64,000 bases of DNA from Negaprion brevirostris (lineage: Eukaryota): contig JARDVH010000157.1 of NCBI GenBank assembly GCA_030324005.1, positions 9,971,071 to 10,035,070 on the forward strand, given 5' to 3'. Below are positions 24,985-38,720 of this stretch, in pieces. Numbering within the stretch: position 1 is the first letter of the stretch; every line of letters begins with the position of its first letter. A model generated the notes under the pieces. The model did no database searches, had not been told where the DNA came from, and saw nothing but the letters and a program-made list of their open reading frames with translations. The position numbers and the translations under genes are program-made.

Positions 24985-25464
24985 CGGGTCGGATGGCTCT
25001 CTGGTGGGGTAGAGGGGGGTAAGGCGGATCAGATGGTTTCCTGGTGGGGGAGGGTGGTAAGGTAGGTCAGATGGCTCTCTGTTGGCGAGGGCAAGGGGGG
25101 GGGTTCCGCTGCCATTCTGCGTGTGATCGGTCTGGGTAGTGGGGACGTGGGGAGATAAGGGGGTAAATTATATTGTGGGGGTGGGGCAATGTCCAGGGGG
25201 GCTGGGGAGGCATTATCCGGCTTGGGCGCCATGTGGCAGGGGATCGTTTTTCTATTTTTCTTTACTACGCATGCGCTGTTGGAGGCACTGATTGGAGCAG
25301 CAGTGTTTCGGGCGCAATGAGCCCCACCCACAGGCTTGTGCAGCTCGATTCAGAATCGCTGATATTTTTTTCAGGCAGAGTGCACATGGGGTGCCTGATA
25401 ACGGGTCTAAAAGTTGGATTTGAAACACTCCCAGCACTTAGAATTAAAATGGTAAAATAGGGCC
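24985..25464 (-). mobile_element. MITE-like DNA transposon (family of 6127-6340)
   Basis: Ends cagcacttagaattaaaatggtaaaatagggcc, the reverse complement of the 6127 terminus. The G-rich interior has repeated cagatggctctct. Confidence 0.6.
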
Positions 25465-25884
25465 ATTGTCTCTTTTGAAGAATGCACTTTACTTGTATCT
25501 GCTGTTTTCCTGGTTGTCATAATAAAGTTTTCACTTCCATCGACTTCGCCTATTTCTTGGAAATGAAAGAAACATGGTGAGTTCATGTTAAGTTTTGAAA
25601 TTCTCTTTCCTGCTTGATGAAAGTTGATTGAAAGTCCAAATAACAACACCTACACAACCTAAGATACAAAAGTAAGAGTGAGGTAGAACTTTTTCTTTTA
25701 TATCTGATTTACATTTCCAATGTTTTCCAGGGTAGCCCATCCAAATCTTGACCATCCAGGCAGGTGGCAATCCTAAATGCTTGCTTTCCATTCATACCTG
25801 AGAGGATTGTAATGTTCAATTCTTGGTGTTCTTTGGCTGCTCATAGCTTTGAAAGCACACACATGTTCATTATGTAAATGTTGT

Positions 25885-26190
25885 ATTTATCCCTCTTCAA
25901 AGAAAAACTCTCAGTTCCTCTGCCTTTGCAAACCATTGTTTAACCTCCAACCTTTCATTATGTTCTGCAGTCCTTCAACATGCAGTCACCTTCCAAATCC
26001 ATGCCTATTTTTTTCAGGATCATTGCAGTCAGGTTTCTACTCCTGCCACGTATAACCCCTACAACAGCCATAATCAAAATCAGAAATTACATCAATGCGA
26101 CTGGGACGTTTTTCCTCCTCAACTTTTTGACCACTATCCTCTCCAACTGTTTAGCCAACATGAACCAGCCTGTGGTATAGTATTGGCTTA
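25885..26190 (+). mobile_element. Ancient L2 LINE RT relic
   Basis: Degenerate SNLS/LQSGFYSCH/TTAIIKIRNYI/FDH motifs, in the order of the L2 NYRPISNL...QSGF...STETAL...FDTVDH motifs. Confidence 0.55.
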
Positions 26191-28129
26191 TCTGGAACCA
26201 ATAGGAATAAACAAAGCAAAACGATAGGTCTTTCCTTCGACATTTCATGCATGGCTCAAGCTAACTGGTCAGTCAACAACGGTGTTTTAAAATATGATGA
26301 GTCTACTTAGCTCTGTTACTAGATCATGCAATCTGCTACAAAGCATTGAATTGATTTTGACCTTTTACAAGAAGGGTGGTAGATTTAAAGCTTTCAAGTT
26401 CTATTTAAAATTGCCGTGTTGATATTTTGGCCTCCCTACCCACTAAAAGGTTGAACTATTTTCTATATGTTTATGATGCAGTAAGATTGGCGTTCAACAA
26501 ACACAATACACGTCGGTTACATCATGTTGATAATGGCAAATGACGGTTTGATTTATCCTGTAAACTTATTTCTAGTTTACCACATCAGTTGTCTAGGTTA
26601 TACCTTCTGAGTCACGCTGACATAACAAGAAAGCCCATAGAGGTAGGATTCATCCCTGTCCTCATATAGGCTGTCAACCATATTCCATCTTCTCTGCTTG
26701 CCACATCACGTCTCCCATTTTGCTGTGGCTCCATTTAATGCGTTTGTTTGTCAAGCACTTAATTGTTGTGCACTTTTCGGCATTATTCTGAATATACAGT
26801 TTACATTCTTTCCTACCCATGAGTATAATTAATATGCAATTGTATAACTCTTAATACTGCTGGATGTTTGTTTGGAACTATGAAACAAAAACAGAAAATG
26901 CCAGAAACACACAGCAACATCTGTAGAGAGAAAAGGGTTGTTTTGTATTTACCAATGAAAGCGATTGAGACAAATGAAAGCCATTGCGGAGAGGGGAACA
27001 GAACTCCTGGCATTTTTGGAAGAGAAGTGCCACTAAATTAAAGAAAACGACAAATACTAGAAATGCACAGCAACTCAATTGGAAACAAATTAACAAATCA
27101 GTCAGTTACAATTGCTTAATATAGTATGTTCTAATGAAATATCATCGACGTGAAGGATTTCTGTCCACAAATGCTGCCTGATCTGCTGAGTATTTTAAGC
27201 ATTTTTTTGTTTTTAGTTCAGATTTCCAGCAGCTAAGAACTTTGATTTTGTATTAATGACTTTCCTTTGTTTGGGAGCAGGTGCTTAGCAAAAGCACCAA
27301 GAAACCAAAGGATTTCTTTAACACTATCAGGGAATGGGGTGCCACACTACCTTCNNNNNNNNNNNNNNNNNNNCATATATGTTCAGACAGATCTCATGAG
27401 GGTACAGTCATAGGGTGGAAACAGCTTTACTAAAAATACGAGAAAAACACTGCACTTAAGGTAGGTGTTCCCAGGTCAACTGAACAATATCCTTTTAAAT
27501 GTTTTCACCACATAATATCTTTGTAACCACATGTACATTTTCAATTGCTTTTGGAGAATAATGAACACAGTAAGGCCTATTTAAAGTGCTCAGCCATATT
27601 TTGACAGACACAAGGAAGGTTTGTACTCGGCTTTGTGGAAGAAAAATCTGAGAGGGCATGGAGGTGACTGGAAGAAGGCTGACAATATTTTGCCTGACTC
27701 TCATTCTTCTTCCCATATTTTTGCTCTTCTGCCAACCAACCTAGCTGATGTTTTCAGTTTTTGGCACCAGAATTTGGTCCGCTCCATTGAATATCCAGGG
27801 GAAATCTGCCACAAGGTATGACAACAAGGTATGAAAAGTACCTGTTACCTATAGTATTAGCATTTACTATTACAATAATAGAGCTTTTTCACTTATTGTT
27901 TGGAACTGACATAGAAGGAACATTCCCTTGCTTTACCTTGGTAGGGAAAATGAGCATAAAATTCTGATACTAAAAGTAGCAACCGCAGTGTAAGATAATG
28001 GCACAGGGCAAAGTATAGTCAATGGAAGATGGATCATAGGACAACATTGAAGCCCAAGAGCTAAAGGAATACAATTGCTTGACTCAGACAAAACATGGGA
28101 TGATCAGTAGGTTTCTCTTGCAAACCATC

Positions 28130-28570
28130 ACCACCATCCTATTCAAAAATAAATGTTCTCATTAACTTTGTTCTCTCAATAACCATCTCCTATCTTCAAT
28201 ATTCCTTTATTTTCAAAGACCAGTTGCTTCACAACTATGTTGCAACCTCCAGCCTTCACTCTATGTTCAAGATCTTCCATTTACAGTCGCAGACTGATTC
28301 AGTTCTAAAACTGTTCTGGCTGAAGATAATATCGGTATCCTGTATAATTGCAACCATTACCTCTCATCAATCTCCCCAGCCTCTCCATCACCTTCCACAC
28401 TGTCAACTACTTCATGATGTCTCTTCCATTGTCCATTTGGTAACATTATTCTCTTTCTCATGGTTGCACTTCTACCTTTCACATTGTCACTAAATTGTCT
28501 ATAATGGCATCTCTGATGCTTTCTCATTCACCTCAAATGAGTCCAACCTTGGTAACTTCTGCTTTCGCTC
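28130..28570 (+). mobile_element. Ancient L2 LINE RT relic
   Basis: Degenerate NIPLFSK...FHTVNY...SSIVHL...SWLHFYLS, resembling the L2 RT core. Confidence 0.5.
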
Positions 28571-29889
28571 TTAACATGTCTGATCATTCACTGCCAATAA
28601 TATCTTTGCTCTCTGCTCTTCTGAGGTGGGATCTTCTACCGTGGATTCTAAGCACGGGACTGACTGTGGGCTATAGACTCCGGTATTTATTTAACACTTG
28701 TTTATTAGTACTGCATCTAATCAGTAGCTTCTGCATCCAATACCTCTGGCCTTACTTCATGAAGAACTAAGAGATTCATAATTTTCTTGTCTGCCCTTGG
28801 TGTAGTGGATGGTATCTCTGTGAAAGAAAGGAACTTACCACTGCATGTATAAACTTCTTTGGCCTTTGAAGACCAATTTTTCATTGCATTTAAGTATTGA
28901 AAATTATTGCATGCAAGACAATGAATGAAATTCTCCCATGCCCTGGCATATGAGGTGGGGAGGGGGGGGGGGAATTTGGCAGCATCCAAAAATGCATTTT
29001 ATGTCGGCATGAATTTCATGCAGGATCTTGCCCTGATGCCCACCATGGCAGACTGGGAAACCCATTGGAGGCTGGCCATAACTGATTTTCATCCTGCTAA
29101 TGGGATGCAGATGAAGGCCCAGATGGAATCTAACCCCCACTGAGGAGCAAGGGCCAAACGTTGTTGCACATGCAAACAGCTGCACCCTACAGCACAAGTG
29201 CATAAATATGCCAAATGTAAAGAAGCTGTTGAAATAACTTAATATTTTGAGAAACAATGTTCAATATAATTACTTGCTTGTTGAAATTATTAGCAGTTTA
29301 TTCTAGGAAAATACAAGAATCCTTTTTGAATGCTGTTGCAATATTGTAATTTAACTTCTATACAGATACTTGGAAAAATTATCAAGATTTTCCATTATCA
29401 TTGAAGGGAATAAAATGTGATGTCACATGTGTTCACTCTTCCAAGGTTTATGAGCTTTTATTGCATCAAGAAGTATTTACTTAGTATTTACTAAGTATTT
29501 ACTTAGATCCATCTAGCAGCTGTCTCAGAAGTTGTGTGGTAGTTGGGTGAGATATATTTTAGCAAGAGTGGGAACTTCAACTTGAAAAAAATGTTTTTTA
29601 AAAATCCTCACTTTCGACAGTATGAAAAGCACAGCTGTGGCAGTGACTACGTAGGCAAGATGTTGAGGTAGATGAATAATATGACAGGGAATTGAGGGTA
29701 AGTCAGTGTGTAAATAATGACTATCACTGCTATTTGAGTATATATCCAAAATGACAAAAAAAAATTTTTGTTTTGTTTAGTTCAAAAATGGTGGTTTCGC
29801 CTGAGGCTGGCACAATGAATTGTACATCTTGGAAGGAAACCTTTTGTGGACTGACTGTGAAAGGACCCAATTAACAGTGTAAAGTAAAA

Positions 29890-30160
29890 TTAAAGTTTAT
29901 TTATTAGTCATAATTAGTCTTACATTAACACTGCTATGAAGTTATTGTGAAAATCCCCTAGTCACCATACTCTAGTGCTGATTGGGCTGAGGGAGGATTT
30001 ACCATGGTCAATGCACCTAACCATGTCTTTCGGACTGTGGGAGGAAACCCACACAGTCATGGAGTGAATGTGCAGACCCCACACATACAATGACCCAAGC
30101 TGGGAATCGAACCCAGGTCCCTAGCACTGTGAGGCAGCAGTGCTAATCAATGTGCCACCT
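29890..30160 (-). mobile_element. HE1-like SINE with the alternative tail
   Basis: Tail aaagtttatttattagtca...gaagttattgtgaaaatcccctagtc and head gggaatcgaacccagg...gaggcagcagtgctaa. Same subfamily as 5590-5825. Confidence 0.85.
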
Positions 30161-31504
30161 AGCATTTGGCTTTGATATCTTGAGAGATTTCTGCTCTCTG
30201 TGCCAGTAGTGATGTAACCTCAGTAGTGTACAATATTTCCTAGTCATGAGTAAATGCAGGATATCATATTACATCACAAGACTAACATATGCTTATGATT
30301 GTATATTTTATACATACGGATTGTTAATTAATTGAAAAATTCATTTAAAACAAAGTACTGACTTCGTTCATGGTCTCAGTGTGGAAGGGCTTTTACAGAA
30401 AGAGTGGGATATGGACAGGCTTAAGCTATTAATGTTTTACAAGCCCCCGAGTGTAATCGTGCTTTACTGACTCCTCTAAAACTATTTTAAAAAGATTACT
30501 GTTTTCAAAGTGTACTGAAATCCACAGAAGAATATGTTGAACCTATATGGTCTATCCTAGAAAATATGAATTGCAGCATAAAATATATGTGAAAGTTTCA
30601 ATCATCAGTTGAAGGGTACTTTTATAATATTGGTATAATTTTAAACATCAGGCATATATTATGGATTTGATTCATGTTTTCATAACATATGAAGTATAGG
30701 TTTTTCCTTAATTGAAAATATTTATTGCTTCAATTTTCTCTGGGATGGGAGCAGCTCATTTTGTCTCTCAGTCCTCACTTTCCTATTAAAATATGGAAGA
30801 TAAATATTTCAAAATTCCAACCATGTCTACATTATGCATTGCTGCCCCCATTTTTGCTAGATGCCTGAGGGCTGTATTGTCTGTGAATATGCTTATCCAC
30901 CTGTGTGCCCCCTTTCACCCAATTTATTTTTAGCACGTAACTCCTGTCAGTTCCGGATAAGGCAGCACAGTGAGAGCCCGTCCGGCAACACACAACAACT
31001 TACGCCATGCCCCTGGTTGCAACAGCACAATGGGGGCAGGTGATGCTGTCGTGACAATGCCTATCCTTCAGCATCATCAGTCACTCCTACTGTCAATGTT
31101 CAGAAACAAAAAAAAGACCAGTCTCAAGGCTATCAATTTTTGGAGAATATATTAGCCATGAAGCTCCGCCACATACATTGTTTCCCAACCTCTGCTCCAA
31201 GACTGCAGCTTTGCGGTTTGCTCAGCTGGACGAGAAATCTTTAAAACCATTTCATTATTCAGTAGAAACATGTACCTTGTCATGATTCATATTCAAAAGT
31301 GGGGAGTCAAACAAAATGTTCCATTTATTCATAGCTGCCATAAATTAATCTTGGCCTCTGTTTGAATAATAGTGGCCATTGACCCATGATGGGCACAGCA
31401 GTATAGCTAACTTTTTTTCCAGGGATCTGCTCTGCTCTCTGAATTTCAATTTTAAACAATTAAAACAGCAGAAGCTGCTTTCTGAACTGGATTCCTACGA
31501 CCAG

Positions 31505-31880
31505 ACAAAATTATGAGGGACATGAATGGAGTGGATGACAGGCAGCTGTTCCCCTTAGTCGGAGGGTCAGTCATGGGAGAGACANNNNNNNNNNNNNNNN
31601 NNNNNNNNNNNNNNNNNNNNNNNNNNNNNTGAAGGAAAACTTATCCACCCAGGGGGTGGTGACAGTCTGGAATGTGCTGCCTGGGAGGGTGGTGGAGGCA
31701 GGTTGCCTCACATCCTTTAGAAAGTATCTGGATGAGCACTTGGCACATCATAACATTCAGGTCTATGGGCCAAGTGCCAGCAGATGGCATTACATGGGAG
31801 TTCAGGTGTTTCTAATGTGTCAATGGGGACTCGATGGGCTGAAAAGTCTTTTCTGTGCTGTATGATTCCATGATTCTAGG
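31505..31880 (+). mobile_element. CR1 LINE 3' end
   Basis: Reads VTVWNVLPGRVVEAG..TSFRKYLDEHL, followed by a 3' UTR ending tgctgtatgattccatgattct. Confidence 0.85.
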
Positions 31881-33299
31881 TTCTCTATTATGACGAACTA
31901 AATTAACAGAAATTTATCTTTAAATCAAAGTCGACAATTGCTTGTTTTATTCATTCATTTGCTTGGGTCTGTGGATTACAAGTCCAGTGACGTTACCACC
32001 ATGCCAACCTCTCTCCCCTTGTATCCAAGAACTGAATTGCAATAGAACACGAGTGATGTAATGGATCCTGTGCTTTCTGCCAATAGGCTTTGGATTATTT
32101 GTTACAACGCCTCAGGCATCTGTACAATTTGGACCTGAGGGAGAGTCATTACAGAGAGACCACAATCAGAGAACAGAGGATCTGGAGGAGCATTGTTCGG
32201 GCTAATTAAAATAAATCAAGTCCATTATACCAACTGGAGACCACAGCTTTGATTTGTTCCCACTGCAGTGCAGCTGGGATTAGGCTTCAGCACATAGAAG
32301 ATTGTAGGCAGGACCCTGCTCNNNNNNNNNNNNNNNNNNNNNNNNNNNNNNNNNNNNNNNNNNNNNNNNNNNNNNNNNNNNNNNNNNNNNNNNNNNNNNN
32401 NNNNNNNNNNNNNNNNNNNNNGTATCACATTGACATTCAGGTTCTCTGCGATGACTGGTGGTTGTGAAAGGCTATAGAAATGCAAGCCATAATCATTTTT
32501 GCAAAACAGCTAGCAATGGTTGTGGGGGAGGTAATTTAAGGTGATGAATTAGGAGTGTCAATATATTTTCTTGCATACAGTTTTCTTTTAATCTATTAAA
32601 ACCAACATGGTAATTACACCTGATGACAACTCGTCTACTAACTAATAAGCAATGTTTTATAATTTGATTCAAATGTTCTGATTTAAAAGACATCGCTGTT
32701 CTCTTTCTTGTTGGTTGAGAAAATAAATGACATCACTGGAGTGGGACTTGAACCTACAATCTTAGCATGCTTAGCATGCTACCAAAAGAGCCATCCATGG
32801 CTTTAATTAAGAACTATGCTGTGATTCAAAACACAGGCTTTATCGTGGTCCATGTTGAAACATCCAAAATATATTTTCATTTTTTGATTTATAACCTTGT
32901 ATGTATTTGCAGCCCGCATTGGCGAGTTCCATGAGCAACTCGGTGGCAAAGCTACGATCTCGTACCTCTGCTCTCTCATACAGCCTTATTTCTATCTGGG
33001 TGTTTATTAGCTATATTATTTCTTCCTACTCAACAGAAAATTATTTTTACAATTGTTAGTTAGCCTTTATTAAGAATTCCACCATGCATCAAAAATGCCT
33101 TGTACTGAAGTTAGTAGAAGTCCAGTGGTTCTTCACTATACTATCCGCAGTGTCTGAAAGCTGCTTTCTGTTTTGGCAACTAGAATTTAATGGAGTATTC
33201 AAGCTATGATCTGAGCAGAATTGACTTGTATTCTGCAGCTTTTGGTTACGTAGTTCAACATTCTGCTAGCTTAAAGCAGATTCATTTAGTTTCATGTCA

Positions 33300-34231
33300 C
33301 AGATTTTCCGAATTTGCCATACCTGGAGCAGATTGCACCGATCCCAGAAAATAGTGTGCAGACCTAAATTCAGTTCTGCGCCTGGCACCAAATGGCTTGT
33401 AATCATCCCGCCCCTTTCTACTGGCGCAAACTGGGCTGAGGCGGATTANNNNNNNNNNNNNNNNNNNNNNNNNNNNNNNNNNNNNNNNNNNNNNNNNNNN
33501 NNNNNNNNNNNNNNNNNNNNNNNNNNNNNNNNNNNNNNNNNNNNNNNNTGTGAGATGATGACTGTATTTCAATCTGATTAGCGAGTTTGGCACACGATCG
33601 TTTCACCCCCCACCCCCCCTCGCAGAATGTTCCCATCTCTCTGGTGGGATGTCACACAAGCATGAACAGTACTGATCTCCACTAGAAGAGACCAGATGCA
33701 GTGACCATGCTGGGAGGCTCGGAAACCATTGAAGACCTGGGGTAGTCAGGGGTGTGACCCCACTGCCTATGACCCCCCTCTGGACACGCTGGCAGTGCCA
33801 GTATGCACTGCCAGGTGCCAGGGGCAGTACAAATGGTTGGGGCTATGCAGAGGAAGATATGCAGGGAGAGTGGTGCAGGGATGAATATGAAGGGGGTCCT
33901 GATATGAGGGGGCATGTGGGGGAACCTATCGGGAGGTAACCCATCTCGGGGAAGTCACGAAGAGGTTGGGGAGGGGCGCTATCCTGATATCCGTGGGGAG
34001 GAGAAGGGGGTCTCCAGTGAACTGTGAGATCAGGGTGCCCTTGCAGAATGATGCCGCACTGGCACATTTAAGCTCCGTTCCCCTCACTACTGACATGCAA
34101 CTCACCAGTCTCCAAAAAAAAATGTCTGTGTAGGGGAGGAAGGTGGTTCGGAGTGCACCTGACAGACTGGTGTGGAGTGTTCTGGCATTCTTGCCATTAT
34201 GACACTTAGTTTTTGGGTGGGAAAATTCCAC
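33300..34231. mobile_element. MITE-like element(s) spanning a gap
   Basis: Ends cagattttcc ... ggaaaattccacc. The internal tggcagtgccag...cactgccagg motif is also at ~21800. Confidence 0.55.
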
Positions 34232-34489
34232 CTGGTATTTGTGTCTACTTCTACAACCAGTGCTGTGAATCTATTGGTGGAATTTTGCAGCCTCTTGCAT
34301 TGGCAGAATTTTCTGATTCTGTTGAATGGCTCACCGCGTTTTCCTGCCCTACTCACCCCCCTTTCNNNNNNNNNNNNNNNNNNNNNNNNNNNNNNNNNNN
34401 NNNNNNNNNNNNNNNNNNNNNNNNNNNNNNNNNNNNNNNNNNNNNNNNNNNNNNNNNNNNNNNNNNNNNNNNNNNNTGTTTTTGTAACT

Positions 34490-34553
34490 GGTCGGCGCAA
34501 CATCGTGGGCCGAAGGGCCTGTTCTGCGCTGTTATGTTCTATGTTCTATGTTC
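34490..34553 (+). mobile_element. CR1/HER1 LINE 3' tail
   Basis: gcgcaacatcgtgggccgaagggcctgttctgcgctg followed by (tatgttc)n. Confidence 0.85.
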
Positions 34554-35328
34554 CCTCAGCGCTGTTATCCACCTCCTATTTTGAATTCTGTTCTGCTGCT
34601 ACAATCCTTCGTACAACTATCGTTGTATCCATGCATGCTCATGCAAATACTTGCAAGCATACATCTTCAGTGTGTAAACTGATCTAACGTTGTGAAACAG
34701 ATTGAAAATGAAAGATAAAAACAGTTTGAAAAGATAGTTTTTCTCCCGACATATTAACCATGTCTTTTCATTCAGTCGTGTATGGATTGGAATTACGTTA
34801 AATGTGCAGTTCAAAAGTGGGACCATTATCATAAATTGGAAAGCCTATCAGTAACAGGCTTTTGGGTTTCTGATAACTATTAAGAACTCTGGAGCCATGT
34901 CTTTTGCATGCTATGTGGTACATTCAGCAATGAATGAGGCACAACCTCAGATTAAAAAAAATTGTGAGCCAAAGTTCATTTGCAATGTAGGTATTAAGGA
35001 CAGATAGTACAGTGCTTTATTGTGTCATCTGTGAACTTAATATCATTTTCATCTATGTAGGACACGTTGTGATTAAATTAGTATAATATCCTGAAACTTA
35101 TGTCTGCCTTCTTCTTAAGTTCTCATAAAGTATATTCAGCTGTATTTTGTATAGCCGTTGTACAACCAGGAGTTCTTCTGCATAATCTGTGAAGCCATCA
35201 TATATGTTAATTTTGTAGTGTTTGTTGAGGGAGTTTATTGATTCATTTAAGTAACTTTTTATAATTAGTCTTAAACTGAGAGGAATGTGGGTCAGAGTTT
35301 TAAGGCATTTTGTTTGGTTGTGGTTTCT

Positions 35329-35433
35329 GGGACTGGTGATTATTTTCCAAATGTCGCTGGATTCCGGGGAAGTGCTGGAAGATTGGAAAACGGCTAATGT
35401 TACGCCATTGTTTAAGAAGGGTGGCAGGCAAAA
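35329..35433 (+). mobile_element. CR1 LINE RT fragment
   Basis: Reads GLVIIFQMSLDSGEVLEDWKTANVTPLFKKGGRQ before the gap. Confidence 0.9.
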
Positions 35434-35681
35434 NNNNNNNNNNNNNNNNNNNNNNNNNNNNNNNNNNNNNNNNNNNNNNNNNNNNNNNNNNNNNNNNNNN
35501 NNNNNNNNNNNNNNNNNNNNNNNNNNNNNNNNNNNNNNNNNNNNNNNNNNNNNNNNNNNNNNNNNNNNNNNNNNNNNNNNNNNNNNNNNNNNNNNNNNNN
35601 NNNNNNNNNNNNNNNNNNNNNNNNNNNNNNNNNNNNNNNNNNNNNNNNNNNNNNNNNNNNNNNNNNNNNNNNNNNNNNNNN

Positions 35682-35915
35682 GTGTAGTATTTGCATGTTC
35701 TCCCTGTACCTGTGTATGTTTCCTCCCACAGTCCAAAGAAGTGCAAGTTAGGTGGATTGGTCATGCTAAATTGCTGCTTAGTGTCCAAAGATGTGTAGGT
35801 TATGTGGAGTTACGTGGATAGGGCAGAGGGGAGGTCCTGAGTGGAATACTCTTTCGGAGAGAGTGCAGAATCAATGGGCCAAACAACCTCTGTCTGCACT
35901 ATGGGAATTCTATGG
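35682..35915 (+). mobile_element. HE1-type SINE 3' part
   Basis: tttgcatgttctccc...ttcctcccacagtccaaaga...gttaggtggattgg...tgggccaaa...aattctatg. Confidence 0.8.
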
Positions 35916-37029
35916 TTCCAAGGTTCCAACTCATTTTGAAAATTGACATTTTAGATTTGCCTCATCCAGGAGAAATTTAAATAGTCTTTACTCTTTATGC
36001 CAAATTAACACCATCTTGTAGTGCGCTATGCTTTAGACTGCAGTCATTTTGCTTGATGAGGTGAAGAAATTCCCCTGTGATACCAACACCTAATCCTCAA
36101 CATGAATAACTCGCTGCAAAGTGTTAAGCAAGATAGTAGACATAAATACACAGGTGTTGCTTCTCTATAGTCATGCCGGTGGCAGAAGCCAAAATATGTT
36201 GGTAGTTCCAGTTGAAACTGTTGCTGAGCTCCTCTATATAATCTTGCAGATAAGATGGATTAGCCCTCTTCACTGTCTGACCTAACTGTATTTTCAAGGC
36301 AGGGTTATTTCCTTTTTGGGATGGTGTCAGAGGGTGGTATCCATCCTTCTGGGGTGCTGGTCCCAGGCTGTCTTGCTGGGCTGCCCTGTGATTTAATAAG
36401 GTATTGGCTACCTCTCCAGCCAGTTTCAGTCATGCGATGATGGCATTGAATTCATAATGGGTTGAAACTGATATAGTTGGCTCACGGGGAATATTGATAT
36501 CCTATCAAAATTCTAGGTATGATCATCCTGACTGGCTAATCTTATTTGAAGTGCCATCCTCATAGGACCATTTCTGATTTCAAGTTTCTTTGTTCTTTCA
36601 GTTGTTCTTCTGGGATCAGGGCAATGGTCTGACAACACAAGGTGTGCTCATCAAAACAAAACATTTTTTTTATGTTTCTATCATGGCCATTATATATTAG
36701 CATATAAAAGTGTCCCTCTATTGCCAAATATTATTGATGTTTTATGTCACGTCAACTCAGTGACGATTGCCCGTTTACCCGTATATCAGAATGTTGCAGT
36801 TAATCATTTGGACTTTAAAATGCAAATTGTATCTTCAGGTAACAAGTTCAACAATGAGTGCCAATCCTAAGATCCAAACCTGAATTTTGTATTTTAAAAT
36901 GATCAGAAAATCGGAATTGTAATTATTTTATGTATATGTAATATAATTTCTTATATGTATACATGCATTGAAATTTAAAAATTATCTTATTGAACAAATA
37001 TTTAAGTTTGATTCAGCAACATTGAAGGA

Positions 37030-38090
37030 ATGGCAATATGTTTCCAAGTCAGGCTGGTGAGTGGCTTGGTGGGGAACTTTCAGGTAGTGGTATTCCCGTG
37101 TATCTGTTTCCCTTTTCCTTCTAAATGGCAGTGGTTGTGGGTTTAGAAGGTTCTGTCAGATGAGCCTTGGTGATTTCCTGCAATGCATCTTGTACGTGGT
37201 ACATACTGCTATTACTGTGTGTCAGTGGTGGAGGGAGTGAATGTTTGTGGAAAGGATGCCAATCAAGTGGGTTGCTTTGTCTTGGTTAGCTTTAAGCTTC
37301 TTGACTCTTGTTGGAGTTGCACTCATCCAGGCAAGTGAAATGCATTCCATTACACTCCTGACTTGTGCCTTGTAGATTGTAGACAGGCTTTGGGCGGTCA
37401 GGAGGTGAGTATTCCTCTGACCTGCTCTTGTAGCCATAGTATTTATATGGCTAGACCAGTTCAGTTGGCAAAGGACAACCCCCAGGGTATTGATAGTAGT
37501 AAATTCAGCGATGGTAATACTATTGAATGTCAAAGGGCAATGGTTAGATTTTTTTCTTGTTGAAGGTGGTCATTATCAGTCACTTGTGTGATGCAAATAT
37601 TGCTTCCTACTTGTCAGCCCAAACTTGGATATTGTCCAGGTCTTGATGCATTTGGACATGGACAGTATCTGAGGGGCCGTGAATGGTGATGAGCATTCCC
37701 ACTTCTGATCTTATGATGGAAGGAAAATCATTGAAGAAGAAGCCAAAGATGGTTGGGCCTAGGACACTACATTGAGGAACTCCTGTAGTAATGTCTTGGA
37801 ACTGAGATGACTGAACTCCAAGAATCACCAACGTCTTCTTTTGTGCTTGATATTAATTGAACCAATGAGAATTTTTCCCCATTTCCCACTAACTCCAATT
37901 TTACTCGGGTTCCTTGATGCCATACTTGGTCAAATGTGCTCTTGATATCAAGAGCAGACTCTCTCTCTTTAAACGGCTAGTCCAGTTCAGTTTGTGGTCA
38001 ATGATGATCCTCATGATGTTGATAGTGGGGGATTCAGTGATGGTAATGCTATTGGATGTCAAGCAGTGATGGTTAGAATTTCTCTTAGAG
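37030..38090 (-). mobile_element. CR1/L2-group LINE ORF2 fragment(s)
   Basis: Reads GVPQCSVLGPTIF..FNDFPS, DLDNIQVWADK and LSTIYKAQVRSVME. 37975-38085 is a second, diverged copy of 37448-37550. Confidence 0.85.
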
Positions 38091-38171
38091 ACTGGTAGGA
38101 ATTCTCGGCATTTCCCTTGTGCATAACCAGTTTCATGCATTCTTCTCTGTTACCTTGTATTGTGAGCCAGA

Positions 38172-38511
38172 ATATAGAATCATAGAACCCTACGGTGCAG
38201 AAAGAGGCCCTTTGGCCCATCGAGTCTGCACCGAACGCAATCCCACCTAGGCCCTACCCCTGTATCCTTACATATTTTACCCACTAATCCCTGTAACCTA
38301 TGCATCCCAGGACACTAAGGGGCAATTTTTTAGCATGGCCAATCAACCTAACCCGCACATCTTTGGACTATGGGAGGAAACCGGAGTACCTGGAGGAAAC
38401 CCATACAGACACGAGGAGAAGGTGCAAACTCCATACAGACAGTGACCCGAGCTGGGAATCGAACCCAGGTCCCTGGAGCTGTGAAGCAGCAGTGCTAACC
38501 ACTGTGCTACC
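38172..38511 (-). mobile_element. Near full-length HE1-type SINE
   Basis: Minus strand ggtagcacagtggttagcactgctgcttcacagctccagggacctgggttcgattcccag (A and B boxes) through to a CR1-like tail ending ttctatgattctatattct. Confidence 0.9.
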
Positions 38512-38614
38512 NNNNNNNNNNNNNNNNNNNNNNNNNNNNNNNNNNNNNNNNNNNNNNNNNNNNNNNNNNNNNNNNNNNNNNNNNNNNNNNNNNNNNNNNN
38601 NNNNNNNNNNNNNN

Positions 38615-38720
38615 AATCAAGAAACACCACATCCACCAGCTCTCCTCTATCCACCGCCCTAGACACATCCTCATAGAACTCCAATAAATTCGTCAGACTT
38701 AACGAAACCATGCTGCGCCT
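38615..38720 (-). mobile_element. CR1 LINE RT fragment
   Basis: Reads LTNLLEFYEDVSRAVDRGELVDVVFLD. Confidence 0.9.

Noticed and set aside
29473-29506. 11-bp tandem triplication (agtatttact[t/a])x3
   Set aside because: Ordinary slippage minisatellite with no spacers; not CRISPR-like.
23541-30995. CACAGTG heptamers (e.g. 23541, 30966) as RAG recombination signals
   Set aside because: No good ACAAAAACC nonamer at 12/23 spacing, and no V/D/J segments nearby.
38440-38511. tRNA-like sequence with A and B boxes
   Set aside because: It is the head of an HE1 SINE, continuous with the SINE body, and not a tRNA gene.
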